Below, piece by piece: positions 10,377-20,834 of a stretch of DNA of 64,000 nucleotides (the first letter of the stretch is position 1; each line of letters begins with the position of its first letter). Below the pieces are notes generated by a model. That model searched no databases. It was given only the letters and a program-made list of their open reading frames with translations, and was not told where the DNA came from. The stretch spans positions 143,207-207,206 of the forward strand of contig CDRNVI010000036.1 in assembly GCA_977017575.1 (NCBI GenBank). The letters are read 5' to 3'. The position numbers were made by a program, and so were the translations under genes. Source of the stretch: Paramoeba atlantica. Its lineage: Eukaryota; Protista; Discosea.

Positions 10377-11858
10377 TCAAGAAAAGCGTTTCAAGAAATC
10401 TTCTTGAAAAACACGAAGACTCTTGGTTAACAAAACCATGTCTTCCTCTGGGGGAAGGATCGTGGTACGGAAGTGATAGGTGCCCTCACGTTGACCGAAT
10501 CCGGATCCCGGTACCACTACGATCCCCGTAGCCTCTAACAGCTGCAGGCACCATCGCACATCTGGCTGCATGCTCGTCCCGTTGCGTTCGTTTTCCCGTG
10601 CATTGTAGTCAATAAACGACTGGGGTAGCATGAGCTGCGGGAAGGCGTACATCGCACCCTCAATCTCATTGCTACGAATCCCAGGGATAGCATTCAGTTC
10701 CCGTACCAGCAACGCGGCCCGGCGAACCAACGAGTCATAGATCGTGGTGTACTCCTTGGTGTAGCTCTCATAGCTCGCCTCCCCGGGTTGCGGGGGTCGT
10801 ACCATCAACTCCGTCATCAGCTGCCCATTCACATTGGAGCACAAATTAATCGACGCAAGCTTCATAATCTGCGCATACAACTCCGACGGGAAGTTCAACA
10901 ACTCCATATACCCCCCTCGTCGTCCACACTCCCCGAGAATCCCCTTCGACGTCGAGTGCAGCGAGGCCACCATAGCCTCCTGCGCATACGGTGCCCCCAT
11001 CCCCAGCGTCACCTCTCGAAAACTATGAAACCCTTTCCCCGGCTTACAGTACACATTCTCCTGGTACACCTCATCCGCCAGCACCACCAGGCCGTGCCTG
11101 TGCGCGAACCGCACGCACCCCTCCATCACCCCCACCTCCAGCACCTGCCCCGTGGGGTTACCCGGGTTAATCACGACCAGCACCCTTGGGGTCACCCCGC
11201 GGCGCACACTGGCCTCATAGATCCGCTCCATCTCCCCCACCTCCACGCTCCACCCACTGCTCTCCTGGAGGTAGTAATCCACCGCGGTGCCCCCGAGGAG
11301 GGCTAACGAGGCGGTGTACAGCGGGTACTGCGGGATGGGGATCATGACCCCATCGGAGGGGTCACTCACGAGACACTGCAGGACCAGCTTGACCCCCGCA
11401 CTGGCGCCGTCGGTGAGAAAGATGTGGTTCTTGTCGGGTTGGTCTCCTGAAGAGTCCCGTGCGGAGATAAAGTGTGCAATTTCGGTCCGGACCCCGTCGT
11501 AGCCCAGGGAGTGGGTGTAGGCCCCGGTGCGGGCTCCGATGGGACCGGAGAGGTAGTCCCGGGCCCGGGTGAGGGCGTCGGGGGGGAAGAGAGCGTGGAG
11601 GGCCTCGGGGGGGTTTTGTAAGAGACTCGGGCAGTCCACCAGGGCCATGACTTGGCGGGGAAAGGTCAGGGGGGGTTGTTGTAGGGCCTGGGGGTTGCCA
11701 ATGTTGCAGTAGATGAGTTTTTGGAAAGGGTAGGGTTTTCCGGCTTTGATTTCGTTTTCGATCTCGAGAGCACGGGTGGGGAGGAGACCACGGACGGCGT
11801 ACTGGGCTTGGAGTACGCGGGGATTGATGGTGACGGGAGGAGGGGTGGGGGTGGTCAT
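10377..11858 (-). CDS. ALT: Alanine aminotransferase (PLP, class I/II)
   Basis: AQYAVRG, CNIGNPQ, TDGASAGV, PIPQYPLY, INPGNPTG, ADEVYQEN, SLHSTSKG..GECGRRGGY, VVVPGSGFGQ, HFRTTILP. Confidence 0.95.
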   Translation of the reverse strand: MTTPTPPPVTINPRVLQAQYAVRGLLPTRALEIENEIKAGKPYPFQKLIYCNIGNPQALQQPPLTFPRQVMALVDCPSLLQNPPEALHALFPPDALTRARDYLSGPIGARTGAYTHSLGYDGVRTEIAHFISARDSSGDQPDKNHIFLTDGASAGVKLVLQCLVSDPSDGVMIPIPQYPLYTASLALLGGTAVDYYLQESSGWSVEVGEMERIYEASVRRGVTPRVLVVINPGNPTGQVLEVGVMEGCVRFAHRHGLVVLADEVYQENVYCKPGKGFHSFREVTLGMGAPYAQEAMVASLHSTSKGILGECGRRGGYMELLNFPSELYAQIMKLASINLCSNVNGQLMTELMVRPPQPGEASYESYTKEYTTIYDSLVRRAALLVRELNAIPGIRSNEIEGAMYAFPQLMLPQSFIDYNARENERNGTSMQPDVRWCLQLLEATGIVVVPGSGFGQREGTYHFRTTILPPEEDMVLLTKSLRVFQEDFLKRFS

Positions 11859-11915
11859 GGAAGGGGGGAAAGGGGAAGAGGTAGGAAAAGGAAGGATCGA
11901 CGAACGACGAGGAAA
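11859..11915 (-). promoter_or_regulatory. Polypyrimidine tract directly upstream of ALT (candidate trans-splicing signal)
   Basis: Sense strand reads TTTCCTCGTCGTTCGTCGATCCTTCCTTTTCCTACCTCTTCCCCTTTCCCCCCTTCC-ATG. Confidence 0.45.
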
Positions 11916-12049
11916 GTGTTTTGTGAGAATACCTGTTTTTGAAGAATCGATATTGCGATGATTGAATTTCAGTTCTAGAGCGAGTCATGCCTAACAGTAG
12001 CAGTAAGTAGAACGATTGAAAATAACCAGCCCATGGCTCAAACGAATTA

Positions 12050-13330
12050 TTAATTGTACCAAGGTATGCGTGGGTCCGCAAATAAAAATAAGAATGGCGC
12101 GACCAGAAGTGCAAGAAAGAAACATACACGTGTGAGGTTCATCGTGTGTGATCGTTCAGTGGTTTTTTGCGTTTGATACTCGTGAGCCCAGCCTTCTAGT
12201 ATTGAAATCATAAAAGAGATGACGCAAATCGTAACTATGATCGAGAAAAGATGGGAGAGCAGGAAGGAAGCCATACCGCTCGCATCACTATCTAGTGACT
12301 CACTAGCATTGAATTTGGCGTTTGCAATCACGCTGTTACGTGTGGTTCGTATGACGCGCTCAGTGACATCTATATACTTCCCAGCAGGTGGAAAGCATTC
12401 ACGCAAAAAGCGCAAAACGACAGCAATGGTTTCTCCGCTAAACAGCGCCACAAAAAAGGCGCCTTGCAGCGCCACCTTAATGACAGCCTTGCCGAGCCAT
12501 GTAGCTGTAAAAAATACCCAAAAAGGCATAAGGGATTGCCCGCATGCCATGCCGCACATATCGAAAGCAGCATTTGGGTACGCGCTAAAGAGAAGGACAC
12601 CCCAGAATCCGAATCGGCGAACGACCCTCACCATCCAATCCTTCATCTGGTCCAAAGCACTCCACGCGCCTGAGAGCGCGTTTTCAGATGTACCACTTTT
12701 CTGTGCCAACTTCGGGCGATTTCGTGCCGCCGCGTAGCTAACAGCGTAGGGAGGAATTTCACCTATCGCAGTCCCAGTTCCCCATAGGACTAACCACGGA
12801 AGCACTTTCATCCATGTTGCAAGAAAATTAACAGAAGAAGGACTGTGCGTGTAGCACTGAAAAGCCATGGGACCGTATGTGTCAAAGCCGTATCCTTCGC
12901 ACTTCTCTACGGCTCGACAGATGTGGTAAATGTGAGGAAACATGAAGAGCATCCCGGTGTGCAGTCCAGTGCCGAACCCAATGGAGCTCGCCACACCAAG
13001 CGCCACCCATCGCGCACATTCCCAAAGAATTAGTTCGAACTCGCGCATTCGAAGACTCGGAATACAAATGTACGCAATAGATAGGGGCCATATTAGATAC
13101 CAGGTAAGTGAATGTTGAAGGATCGACTCCAGGCGAAGACGGAGGGCACTATGAAGGTAATAGGCGCTGAATTGTAGCACAAGAAGGGGATGTTCAAAAA
13201 ATCGTAACGGCGCGCCATAGTCACTATTAGTATCCTCATCGTGACTAGGAGATATGCTGCAATGCTCTTTTGTATGTGTATTTTTCTCAGTCTGTCTTTG
13301 TGATTGAACAGCACCACTTTTATCTTTCAT
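12050..13330 (-). CDS. VMP1: Vacuole membrane protein 1 (DedA superfamily scramblase)
   Basis: LGVASSIGFGTGLHT, WGTGTAIGEIPPY, PNAAFDMCGMACG, PFWVFFTATWLGKAVIK. Confidence 0.9.
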   Translation of the reverse strand: MKDKSGAVQSQRQTEKNTHTKEHCSISPSHDEDTNSDYGAPLRFFEHPLLVLQFSAYYLHSALRLRLESILQHSLTWYLIWPLSIAYICIPSLRMREFELILWECARWVALGVASSIGFGTGLHTGMLFMFPHIYHICRAVEKCEGYGFDTYGPMAFQCYTHSPSSVNFLATWMKVLPWLVLWGTGTAIGEIPPYAVSYAAARNRPKLAQKSGTSENALSGAWSALDQMKDWMVRVVRRFGFWGVLLFSAYPNAAFDMCGMACGQSLMPFWVFFTATWLGKAVIKVALQGAFFVALFSGETIAVVLRFLRECFPPAGKYIDVTERVIRTTRNSVIANAKFNASESLDSDASGMASFLLSHLFSIIVTICVISFMISILEGWAHEYQTQKTTERSHTMNLTRVCFFLALLVAPFLFLFADPRIPWYN

Positions 13331-14177
13331 TTTTAACTGATAAGGAATGAATGATATACAAGCAGTATTTGTATTTGTTTGCGCACTTTAAAACCTGTTA
13401 TTCTTACATTCGTATTGATATTATGCATACGTTATCAAGTTTATATTCGCCATGCGTGCTATACATGTAGTATCCCTCTTTTAAAAAAATATCAAAAACG
13501 CTCTTAGAAGGTTTAAGGCACTGTTCTAGGAGTTGCATACAAACGAAAACATGAATGACAATATGCAATTACAATAGAAGGGAAGTACAATATACAATTC
13601 TAACTGTATGATATTTGGAAAAATAGTGAAATTGCAAAACAGTCTCACGTTTCGCAGCCAAGTACGGCGCCTCTTGAAAAATATTAAAAAAATACTCTGC
13701 TCTTTTAGACACTTCTCTCCCATAATTGCTCGTCGACATACAGGTCGTGATACATACGGTACCACGTATTACACACAATGCACACTTGAGCCGGTTACTG
13801 TTTTGTACAAATTTCGATTTAGCAAATCATTGATCCCGCACACACGTCTATTTATTTTTAGAAGCAATTGTTTCGATCCAATACTCTTCAATTGATGTAT
13901 CGGTAATTTTGGAATAGAGTATCTTATCAGAGCAGTGTCAGTGCTGTTGGGCACAGAACGAGATGCAACTGTCATAAACGGCAGTCAAAAAACATCAACA
14001 GATGAACAAAATTTACCATCAGGCAAATCAAATGCAGCGAATTCAATTCGCAATCTTGCGCACAATCAATAATTTACATTGCTGAACACGACCGCGTTCT
14101 CCTAAAAAGGTTTTCCCAATGTGCTGGGCAATTCGTACTATTCGGCTTATACGATTGACGTAGTCATACTATGAATT

Positions 14178-16475
14178 TTATCCGGTGATGACCTTTCCGT
14201 TAGTACCTTGTTCAAACAAAAGCAAGACCCACTCAGTGAAAACATCAGCCAAAATTTGGTATTCACCTCGCACGTGGGTTTCAAAAATAACGTCCTGTCT
14301 CACTAAGCCAGCGTACTCCATCAGAAGTGCTTGCAAATTCAGGGCGATACGATCAGTATTCTCGTTCCATCGTTCCACAGAGTTTAAGTAAGAATCCCGA
14401 ATCGAGTGCAACATTTGTGCTTTCTCCTTTCCTGGACTGCGAATGTCCAACAAGACATGCAGATAGTCCTGCAGGGTACAGTGTACAAAAGAATATTCAC
14501 CCTGAAATTCGCCCCATACCTCCGTGTTAAAATTCTTCGGAATTATACGAGCCCAGATGCTCGAATTCTGCTGGAACGGGCGAATGCACAATGAAAATTT
14601 CTTTTCGACTTCGGCTTTTGTAACAAAAAGGCTTCCAAAGTCGAAGTGCAATATCGCATTGTAAATTACCTTTCCAATTACTGCTTCGAGGGTACGTCGC
14701 CACCATTCACGGTGGTATGAGGCGTTCTCGAACGACGATGTGGATTTCATTGTCTCCAAAATATCATCAATATGTTGCTCATGGACTTCACAAAGGATTA
14801 ACCAATCTATAAGTCTATCTTCTCTGCTACTAATTCTGCTATCGAGTTTTAGAGGGGTGTGTGAACTAACATGAAGGTTCCACAGAATCCGCATGTCATG
14901 GGTCACGGCGTTGATGATTTGCACCATTTGGGACCATGATAACAATGCTCTTTTCTTTTTTGCTTTATTTAGCAAAAATCTTCCAAAGTGATGGGAACAT
15001 GAACACTGATATTCTACATTTGGTAGAACACTTTCCGAATTTAAAATTTCCTGCTGCATCGAATCGAACACCTCAAAAGGAACTGGGACATTGCAAATAC
15101 TGCACCGTATGTAAGGCAGATCATACGTTTCTAATGCCGCGTGAACTATGGGGAACTGAAGAAGAAGATTTTCTACTGTATCTCGCGCATCAGATTCGTA
15201 AGACTCAAGAAGGTTAAAGGACGTTTGTTGCATGGCTCCTTGTAAAGTATTCTCAATAGGGAGAGCAAAATTTATAGTTGCCTGTAGCTCCGTGAAATCG
15301 GTAATCAGCTGCAACAATCTATCATCCACAGTACCTTCAAAGGAATGTGGGTACAGCGTCGTAGTGGTTTGACGAACATTTGCGAGTTTCCCCATACTCT
15401 TTGGTATCAAGAACCTCTTTAAATGAGACCACGTCTCACTTGTTTTTGCATTGGAATGCGGCTTGGAAATACTGGTCATTAACCGCTCACTACGATCACG
15501 CACAGCCGAATTCTCTTTCCAATTACCTGCAATAGATCGTTGCAATAAAACTTCAATGTAATCCAAGAATAACGAAATGACATTCTCATACCGGTAAAAA
15601 TGATCACGAATATAATCCCCACCGATATACATTCGGATAAGAGCGATCATAACAGCGTTCATACCTCTTTGTATCACGTGCGGATGCAAAACATCACGAT
15701 CATCAAAATGCTTGTCTGTCCCGAAAAATCGAAGCCTTTGGTCTAGGTCCCCAAAAATATTCTGAAAATATAATTCAGATTGCTCAGAAATGGATTTCCA
15801 CGCTAGCCTCGTTCCAGTCATTCGAAATGACATTGCGTGCTGCAGGTAAATCTCCGTCATGCCCATTTGTATACCCTGGTGAAGCACTCGGAGGATTTGA
15901 GTTATATTTACACTGTCGTGTTCACCATTGTCAGATACGGATCGCATCAGCGTCTCACGTACTTGTAAAAGATGCTCTTGCAGAACGCTCAGGCCAAAAT
16001 TCATAGATTTTGCACCGAAATGAACGTCATTCAAAACGTCGTCGTCCAACTCACATTCAGTGAACAAGGTTGCAAGAAATGTAACATGCTGCGCATGCAA
16101 AGCTTTTGCTGTGGATGACACCCATTGTACTTGTTTACTTAATTGGGCCATGTCTGTGTATCTTGTTGAATCCGCGGCTTGAAAAGATGTGGTATTTAAC
16201 GCCTGTGCAAAGCTTTTATGGGCAGCAAGAAGTACAAAATCTACCTGATTTACAGTTTCCCAAGGCAAAATTTCCGAGCAAGCAGAAGGCCTTGCTTTTC
16301 GAAAATTAAAAAATATTGGAGAGTCGCTTTCTGGTGCAGCGGAAAGACTTGAGGAAGAATCTCGAGACAACGAATCCACATTAAACGGAAGAGCTTCACC
16401 TGCAAAAGGACGTGCACGTGAACAATTTGACACGTCCAGAAGCACGAAGAGAACGAGTCCTGTGGAAGAAAACAT
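14178..16475 (-). CDS. Hypothetical alpha-helical protein, possible degenerate C-terminal VPS9-like domain
   Basis: 765-aa ORF on the cluster strand; central CxxC...CxC cluster; C-terminal SPGKEK...NTDRI...RGEYQIL loosely resembles VPS9. Confidence 0.6.
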   Translation of the reverse strand: MFSSTGLVLFVLLDVSNCSRARPFAGEALPFNVDSLSRDSSSSLSAAPESDSPIFFNFRKARPSACSEILPWETVNQVDFVLLAAHKSFAQALNTTSFQAADSTRYTDMAQLSKQVQWVSSTAKALHAQHVTFLATLFTECELDDDVLNDVHFGAKSMNFGLSVLQEHLLQVRETLMRSVSDNGEHDSVNITQILRVLHQGIQMGMTEIYLQHAMSFRMTGTRLAWKSISEQSELYFQNIFGDLDQRLRFFGTDKHFDDRDVLHPHVIQRGMNAVMIALIRMYIGGDYIRDHFYRYENVISLFLDYIEVLLQRSIAGNWKENSAVRDRSERLMTSISKPHSNAKTSETWSHLKRFLIPKSMGKLANVRQTTTTLYPHSFEGTVDDRLLQLITDFTELQATINFALPIENTLQGAMQQTSFNLLESYESDARDTVENLLLQFPIVHAALETYDLPYIRCSICNVPVPFEVFDSMQQEILNSESVLPNVEYQCSCSHHFGRFLLNKAKKKRALLSWSQMVQIINAVTHDMRILWNLHVSSHTPLKLDSRISSREDRLIDWLILCEVHEQHIDDILETMKSTSSFENASYHREWWRRTLEAVIGKVIYNAILHFDFGSLFVTKAEVEKKFSLCIRPFQQNSSIWARIIPKNFNTEVWGEFQGEYSFVHCTLQDYLHVLLDIRSPGKEKAQMLHSIRDSYLNSVERWNENTDRIALNLQALLMEYAGLVRQDVIFETHVRGEYQILADVFTEWVLLLFEQGTNGKVITG

Positions 16476-16858
16476 TACTGTACAGTGTGAATCATTGGCT
16501 GCCCAGTAGGGTCAGTACCGAAAACGTCGTAAAAAAGACAACTCTGCTAGATTCTTATGATAACGTTGGTAGATCTTTTATTATTCGCGCATCAAAAAAG
16601 CTAAAACTTTACCAAGTCCACCGTAATTACGAAGTAGTAATTACGTGTAGAAAAAGGTGATGCATCTAATTGTTGTGGTGGAATAGTATACATTAACCGA
16701 TATAATCATCTAAAACACGTGAACCCATCTATACGCACAATTCCCTGCTGCACTAATCCCAGCATCGTACTTCGTGGCAGCCCACAAACGAGGTATTCAG
16801 TGATGAAGCTCTTGAGAAGAAAACACTTCAATTCAAATCTAAGGAACTGATACTGCGA

Positions 16859-17113
16859 CTACGTTCTACGACTCTGACGCCACCTTGAAACGCCAAGAGC
16901 CAGAACAGAAAGGGCACTAATGGAAGAATACATCGCAGCAGCCAGAAAACAAGATTTTGCCTTCTTCGTGCACTCCCAGTGATGATGTTCGCATAGTAAT
17001 TCCATGTGCACAGAGCGTGTTTGCAGTAGAATACCCAAAAAGAGAAGTATTAGAGCACTGCAGATTGAGAAAATCGCGCATGTGGAAGCCTTCCCAGAAA
17101 TGTTACTAGACAT
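16859..17113 (-). CDS. RNASEK: RNase kappa / V-ATPase subunit f
   Basis: 84 aa with two TM segments; CAIFSICSALILLFLGILL...SCFLAAAMY. Confidence 0.75.
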   Translation of the reverse strand: MSSNISGKASTCAIFSICSALILLFLGILLQTRSVHMELLCEHHHWECTKKAKSCFLAAAMYSSISALSVLALGVSRWRQSRRT

Positions 17114-17367
17114 ACGCTGTAAACGATAGGCTTGTTAGAAAAACATTACTAATATAATGTAATCCCAATCTAGCATTAAAATATTTTTTTCCGTATGAAA
17201 TACATTACTGCTGTATCTCCAATCTTTAAAAAGATATTGATCAAAACTTGTAAAGCATATACAGAACATCCATTTATGTATGCAGTTATTCTATCTTGCT
17301 AAGAGGGCTGCGGCAAGTGACGTACACCTAAAGAAATTGATAAACCGAACTTTCCAATTAGACTTCG

Positions 17368-18243
17368 CTAGAGATGAACACACTGCGCACTATTCGGATA
17401 CGTTGGAATTTGCAAAGAAAGGCTCGAAGCGATTCGAGTAGAAATAAATCTTCCTCCTAGGTAATGAATAGCGCTGCACCTTTCAGCGCATTTCTTCGGT
17501 ATGGTTAAAGAGATAAGCATATGGGGGAGCAGTGTGTGATCTTGTTCGGCTTCACTTGAAGTCTCCAAAGGTGTTTTAACCGCGGTTGACCTACATTTTG
17601 TATTGTCTACTTCCCACCCTGACGGCACATCGACGCTCACAAGTCTTACGGGATGAGTGTTGCCTTTCGGTACGTGCCTCCCGTATCCACAGTAAGGATT
17701 GCAAACTTTTGCAAGTTGTGTGATGATCGAAGAGAAAGGTTCTCGTACTTCTCCATGGAAGTTAAACCCGAATATTGCATCAATAATAAGATTGTATGAT
17801 TCCAAAGTGCCTGGCGGATCTAGTGGATTAGTGCTTATGACTCCGCAAGGCATACTTTTGTCGGAATTCGATGAAAATACATCCCGTAGCTGAGTGAGGA
17901 TGTGTGGAAGCCTCACACACGGTTTTGGGTACCACACATCCACAACGTGACCAAATAATGATAAGTGCCGGGCGGCGACGAGTCCGTCTCCGCCATTATT
18001 TCCTGGGCCACAAACAGAAAGGATTCTAAGCGGATGGTCCAAGCCAGATTTTCCATACTCCGTCTCAATCGCGGTAGCAACGCTTAACCCAGCGAGCTCC
18101 ATTAACTGATCAAGACTGTACTGACATGCAGGACCCATAAGCTCCGAATCAATAAGATTTGCCACAGATTGACTCACATAGGAGATTCGCTCCGTAAGTA
18201 TATTTTTCGCCAATCGATCCAAATAAACAGTTTTTCGACTCAT
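17368..18243 (-). CDS. NAXE: NAD(P)HX epimerase (YjeF_N)
   Basis: LMELAGLSVA, CGPGNNGGDGLVAARHL, IIDAIFGF, SVDVPSGW, LISLTIPK, HYLGGRF. Start placed at the second ATG (18243). Confidence 0.92.
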   Translation of the reverse strand: MSRKTVYLDRLAKNILTERISYVSQSVANLIDSELMGPACQYSLDQLMELAGLSVATAIETEYGKSGLDHPLRILSVCGPGNNGGDGLVAARHLSLFGHVVDVWYPKPCVRLPHILTQLRDVFSSNSDKSMPCGVISTNPLDPPGTLESYNLIIDAIFGFNFHGEVREPFSSIITQLAKVCNPYCGYGRHVPKGNTHPVRLVSVDVPSGWEVDNTKCRSTAVKTPLETSSEAEQDHTLLPHMLISLTIPKKCAERCSAIHYLGGRFISTRIASSLSLQIPTYPNSAQCVHL

Positions 18244-18503
18244 AAGATCGCGTGTACAGATAATAGAAAAGTACAAAGATAACACATACATGTAGAAGCT
18301 AAGAGGTCGGAGAGATGGACATCATAGGCAAGTTATCACCTCTATAGAACTCCCATAATAAAACACTCTCTTATCGTATGTTTTACAGTCACAATGACCT
18401 AACAGAGCACGTACTAAAAATGCTAAGGACTGTAAAGCAGTCTTGTGCATGTCACACAGACTGCATGTGTAGCAGACTGTGTGGTAGACATGTAACGAAA
18501 ACC

Positions 18504-20672
18504 TCAATTATACATTCTAATTGCAAGTTTAATTTGGTGTCGCATTACATTGTTCCAGCTCTCAGCATCTTGTAGTTCGCATAATCGCCTTGAGCACGTA
18601 CATCGAACCTGTGCCAAAGAGTCTCTTTTAGCAAGGAAAATATCCGACATACTTATTGATTGTAACCAGCTCACTTGCTCAGCGATAGATTCGTTGGGTA
18701 ACTCGGAGAAGTCGCTTAGAATGTTTATCATATCTTTTAACAGAGAATCGCTTGGTTGTATCACAGATAGAAAGTCATCAGAGAGGCTGCTCGTTATTAT
18801 CTTAAGTCCTAAGCATAGCGTCTCACGCGACTCGCATGACAACGCGATTGCTTCCGCATATTTTTTCTCCTGCAAAAGAAGAAGAAGTTTTGTTTCAGAG
18901 AAAATTTCCTTATTCACTTTTTGCGTCTTCGGATTTGTAGACGCTATATAATCTTTCACGTTTCGAATCTGCTGCGAAATTTGATCATTTAAGACGTTAC
19001 GCTCTACTTGCATCTTGTCCGCTTCTTTCTTAAGCAAAGCTTCCGAAAATTCAGTGTACTTCCCAAGAATCAACTCAGCTGAATTCCGCACGTGCTGCCC
19101 TATTTTGTCGTCCAAATTTTCTCCGAATTCCCCAAGAGTCTTACTTAGGGCATTGTCGACACCCTGCCCGATATTTCCCCGCAAGAGCTCGGCTATAGCC
19201 CCCGGCAAAGTCTGTACTAAGAAACTTGTCGATTCCTCAATGCATTTCTTAACTATCTCTTCGTCCCTCGATTCCCGTTGCGCAATTCGATTCTTAAGTC
19301 CGGTGAGTCGACGCTCAATAGCAGTAATAACGTTATCAATGTCTATTATCTCGTGAGAAGTCTTTTCATTTGACGCAATGCTTTGAACCAAAACAGAATG
19401 CTTTACTACCTGCTCGTTAATAGCATTTAGCTGTTGCTCGTGTAACTCTAAAATGTGGTGAAGCTCCTCAATTTTTTCACCAACAATTGAGTCACCTCGG
19501 CTGGCTGTGTCGAGGCCTCTCTCCAGAACCGCCCTATCGTGTACGCTGGAAGACGAAATTTCTGTTTGATTAAAATTAGATACCTTGAATCGAGATCGAA
19601 GAATATATAAGGAATGCATAGTGTACACGTCTACCTCATCATCCGAAACTCGAACACTCTCTATGCTCACAACGGGGTCCATAAGCTCATAATAATTACA
19701 TTCTCCGGTAAAGTGAAAGGTGTTTTCCTGACAAGTTATTCCCACGACACGGAGAATGGGCCGCACAGTTCGCTTCTCTTGGATATGAGGACATAGCACA
19801 ACTAGCCACTTGTCCGGAGACATGCACACCAATCTCATCAGATCATTACCTGAGCTTATAGAAAATCTCTGATTGCATGTGCGCGACGTTATGTCCCAAA
19901 CTTGTAAGTTCTCAACACTACGCAGAAGAAACATGGATTCATTTAGCGGTATAATATCTTTTATGTTGTACTCCATGCCTTCTGTTCCATGTAGTCCGAT
20001 GCAGTCGGTCATGGATGTCTCCAAGGACCATAATCCTAAAACACCGGGTGAAGCTACTGCGACATATTGAGACAACAGACCCAACGCCGACGGCTTGTAG
20101 AACTCCAAGACACTTTTAACGTCGTCAATTACCCACGTTTCATTCTGCAAAGTCGATTGCGGGAATCTGAGGCACTGAATTCCACTTTCGGAGCTCAATA
20201 TAAACAACGACAACGTCTCATCTCGGTACAAAACTCTTACTTGGATTGCATAGTCTCCTAGCGCAGCAGCAGAAGGGAGAACGTGTCGACAAAAAACGTG
20301 TAGCTTTCCTGTAGCTTCATTATATCCCCAGATATGCAAGCTTGAAGAGCTGTCGCAGCTTACAACTATGCACGTGTTACTCGGGAAGCAACGCGAATCT
20401 GGGAAATAAAGCTGCTTTACAAACGTTATCGGGGCGGAATGATCCGTATAAGTAAACTGGTTACCTTTTGGAGTAAGTACTCGTACCTGATTTTGAAGAG
20501 CGTAAGCCCACGCCCGTGGCGTTATTGACAACAAGCATTCCCAGGATTGAGGAGCTATTTCTTTGTTGAAAATCACTACCATTTTGACTTCGGAGAATCT
20601 ATTCCCTTCTGATTTCTCAGAGTTGTTTGTGGAATACAAGCTAAAGCGTTTCTGAATCGTTGCTTTCATCAT
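18504..20672 (-). CDS. EDC4: EDC4/Ge-1/Varicose-like decapping scaffold (WD40 + coiled coil + helical C-terminal domain)
   Basis: N-terminal AYALQNQVRVL...DHSAPIT...IVVSCDSSSSLHIWGYNE; central coiled coil; C-terminal KKYAEAIAL...QVSWLQSI. Confidence 0.6.
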   Translation of the reverse strand: MMKATIQKRFSLYSTNNSEKSEGNRFSEVKMVVIFNKEIAPQSWECLLSITPRAWAYALQNQVRVLTPKGNQFTYTDHSAPITFVKQLYFPDSRCFPSNTCIVVSCDSSSSLHIWGYNEATGKLHVFCRHVLPSAAALGDYAIQVRVLYRDETLSLFILSSESGIQCLRFPQSTLQNETWVIDDVKSVLEFYKPSALGLLSQYVAVASPGVLGLWSLETSMTDCIGLHGTEGMEYNIKDIIPLNESMFLLRSVENLQVWDITSRTCNQRFSISSGNDLMRLVCMSPDKWLVVLCPHIQEKRTVRPILRVVGITCQENTFHFTGECNYYELMDPVVSIESVRVSDDEVDVYTMHSLYILRSRFKVSNFNQTEISSSSVHDRAVLERGLDTASRGDSIVGEKIEELHHILELHEQQLNAINEQVVKHSVLVQSIASNEKTSHEIIDIDNVITAIERRLTGLKNRIAQRESRDEEIVKKCIEESTSFLVQTLPGAIAELLRGNIGQGVDNALSKTLGEFGENLDDKIGQHVRNSAELILGKYTEFSEALLKKEADKMQVERNVLNDQISQQIRNVKDYIASTNPKTQKVNKEIFSETKLLLLLQEKKYAEAIALSCESRETLCLGLKIITSSLSDDFLSVIQPSDSLLKDMINILSDFSELPNESIAEQVSWLQSISMSDIFLAKRDSLAQVRCTCSRRLCELQDAESWNNVMRHQIKLAIRMYN

Positions 20673-20834
20673 AACCGATTAGAGAAAAAAATTGTATCAA
20701 ATGCGTGTTTTTGGTGTGTAAAACGGCAACCACTTAGTGATCCAATAAAAGGGGTGCGGAATATATAAGAAAGTAGAATTATGTTGCGATATAGATTGCT
20801 GCTGCTGTTAAACGATAGATCGATATGTCAGCAT

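Noticed and set aside
13526-13975. Several short ORFs between VMP1 and the 765-aa gene
   Set aside because: No motifs and inconsistent frames; treated as intergenic.
16797-16857. C/D-box snoRNA-like TGATGA...CTGA with a short terminal stem
   Set aside because: Antisense to the transcription unit, short, and no evident guide; likely chance.
17368-17382. NAXE C-terminus CVHL as a CaaX or PTS1 signal
   Set aside because: The Cys-Val matches the conserved end of the YjeF_N family; VHL is not a standard PTS1.
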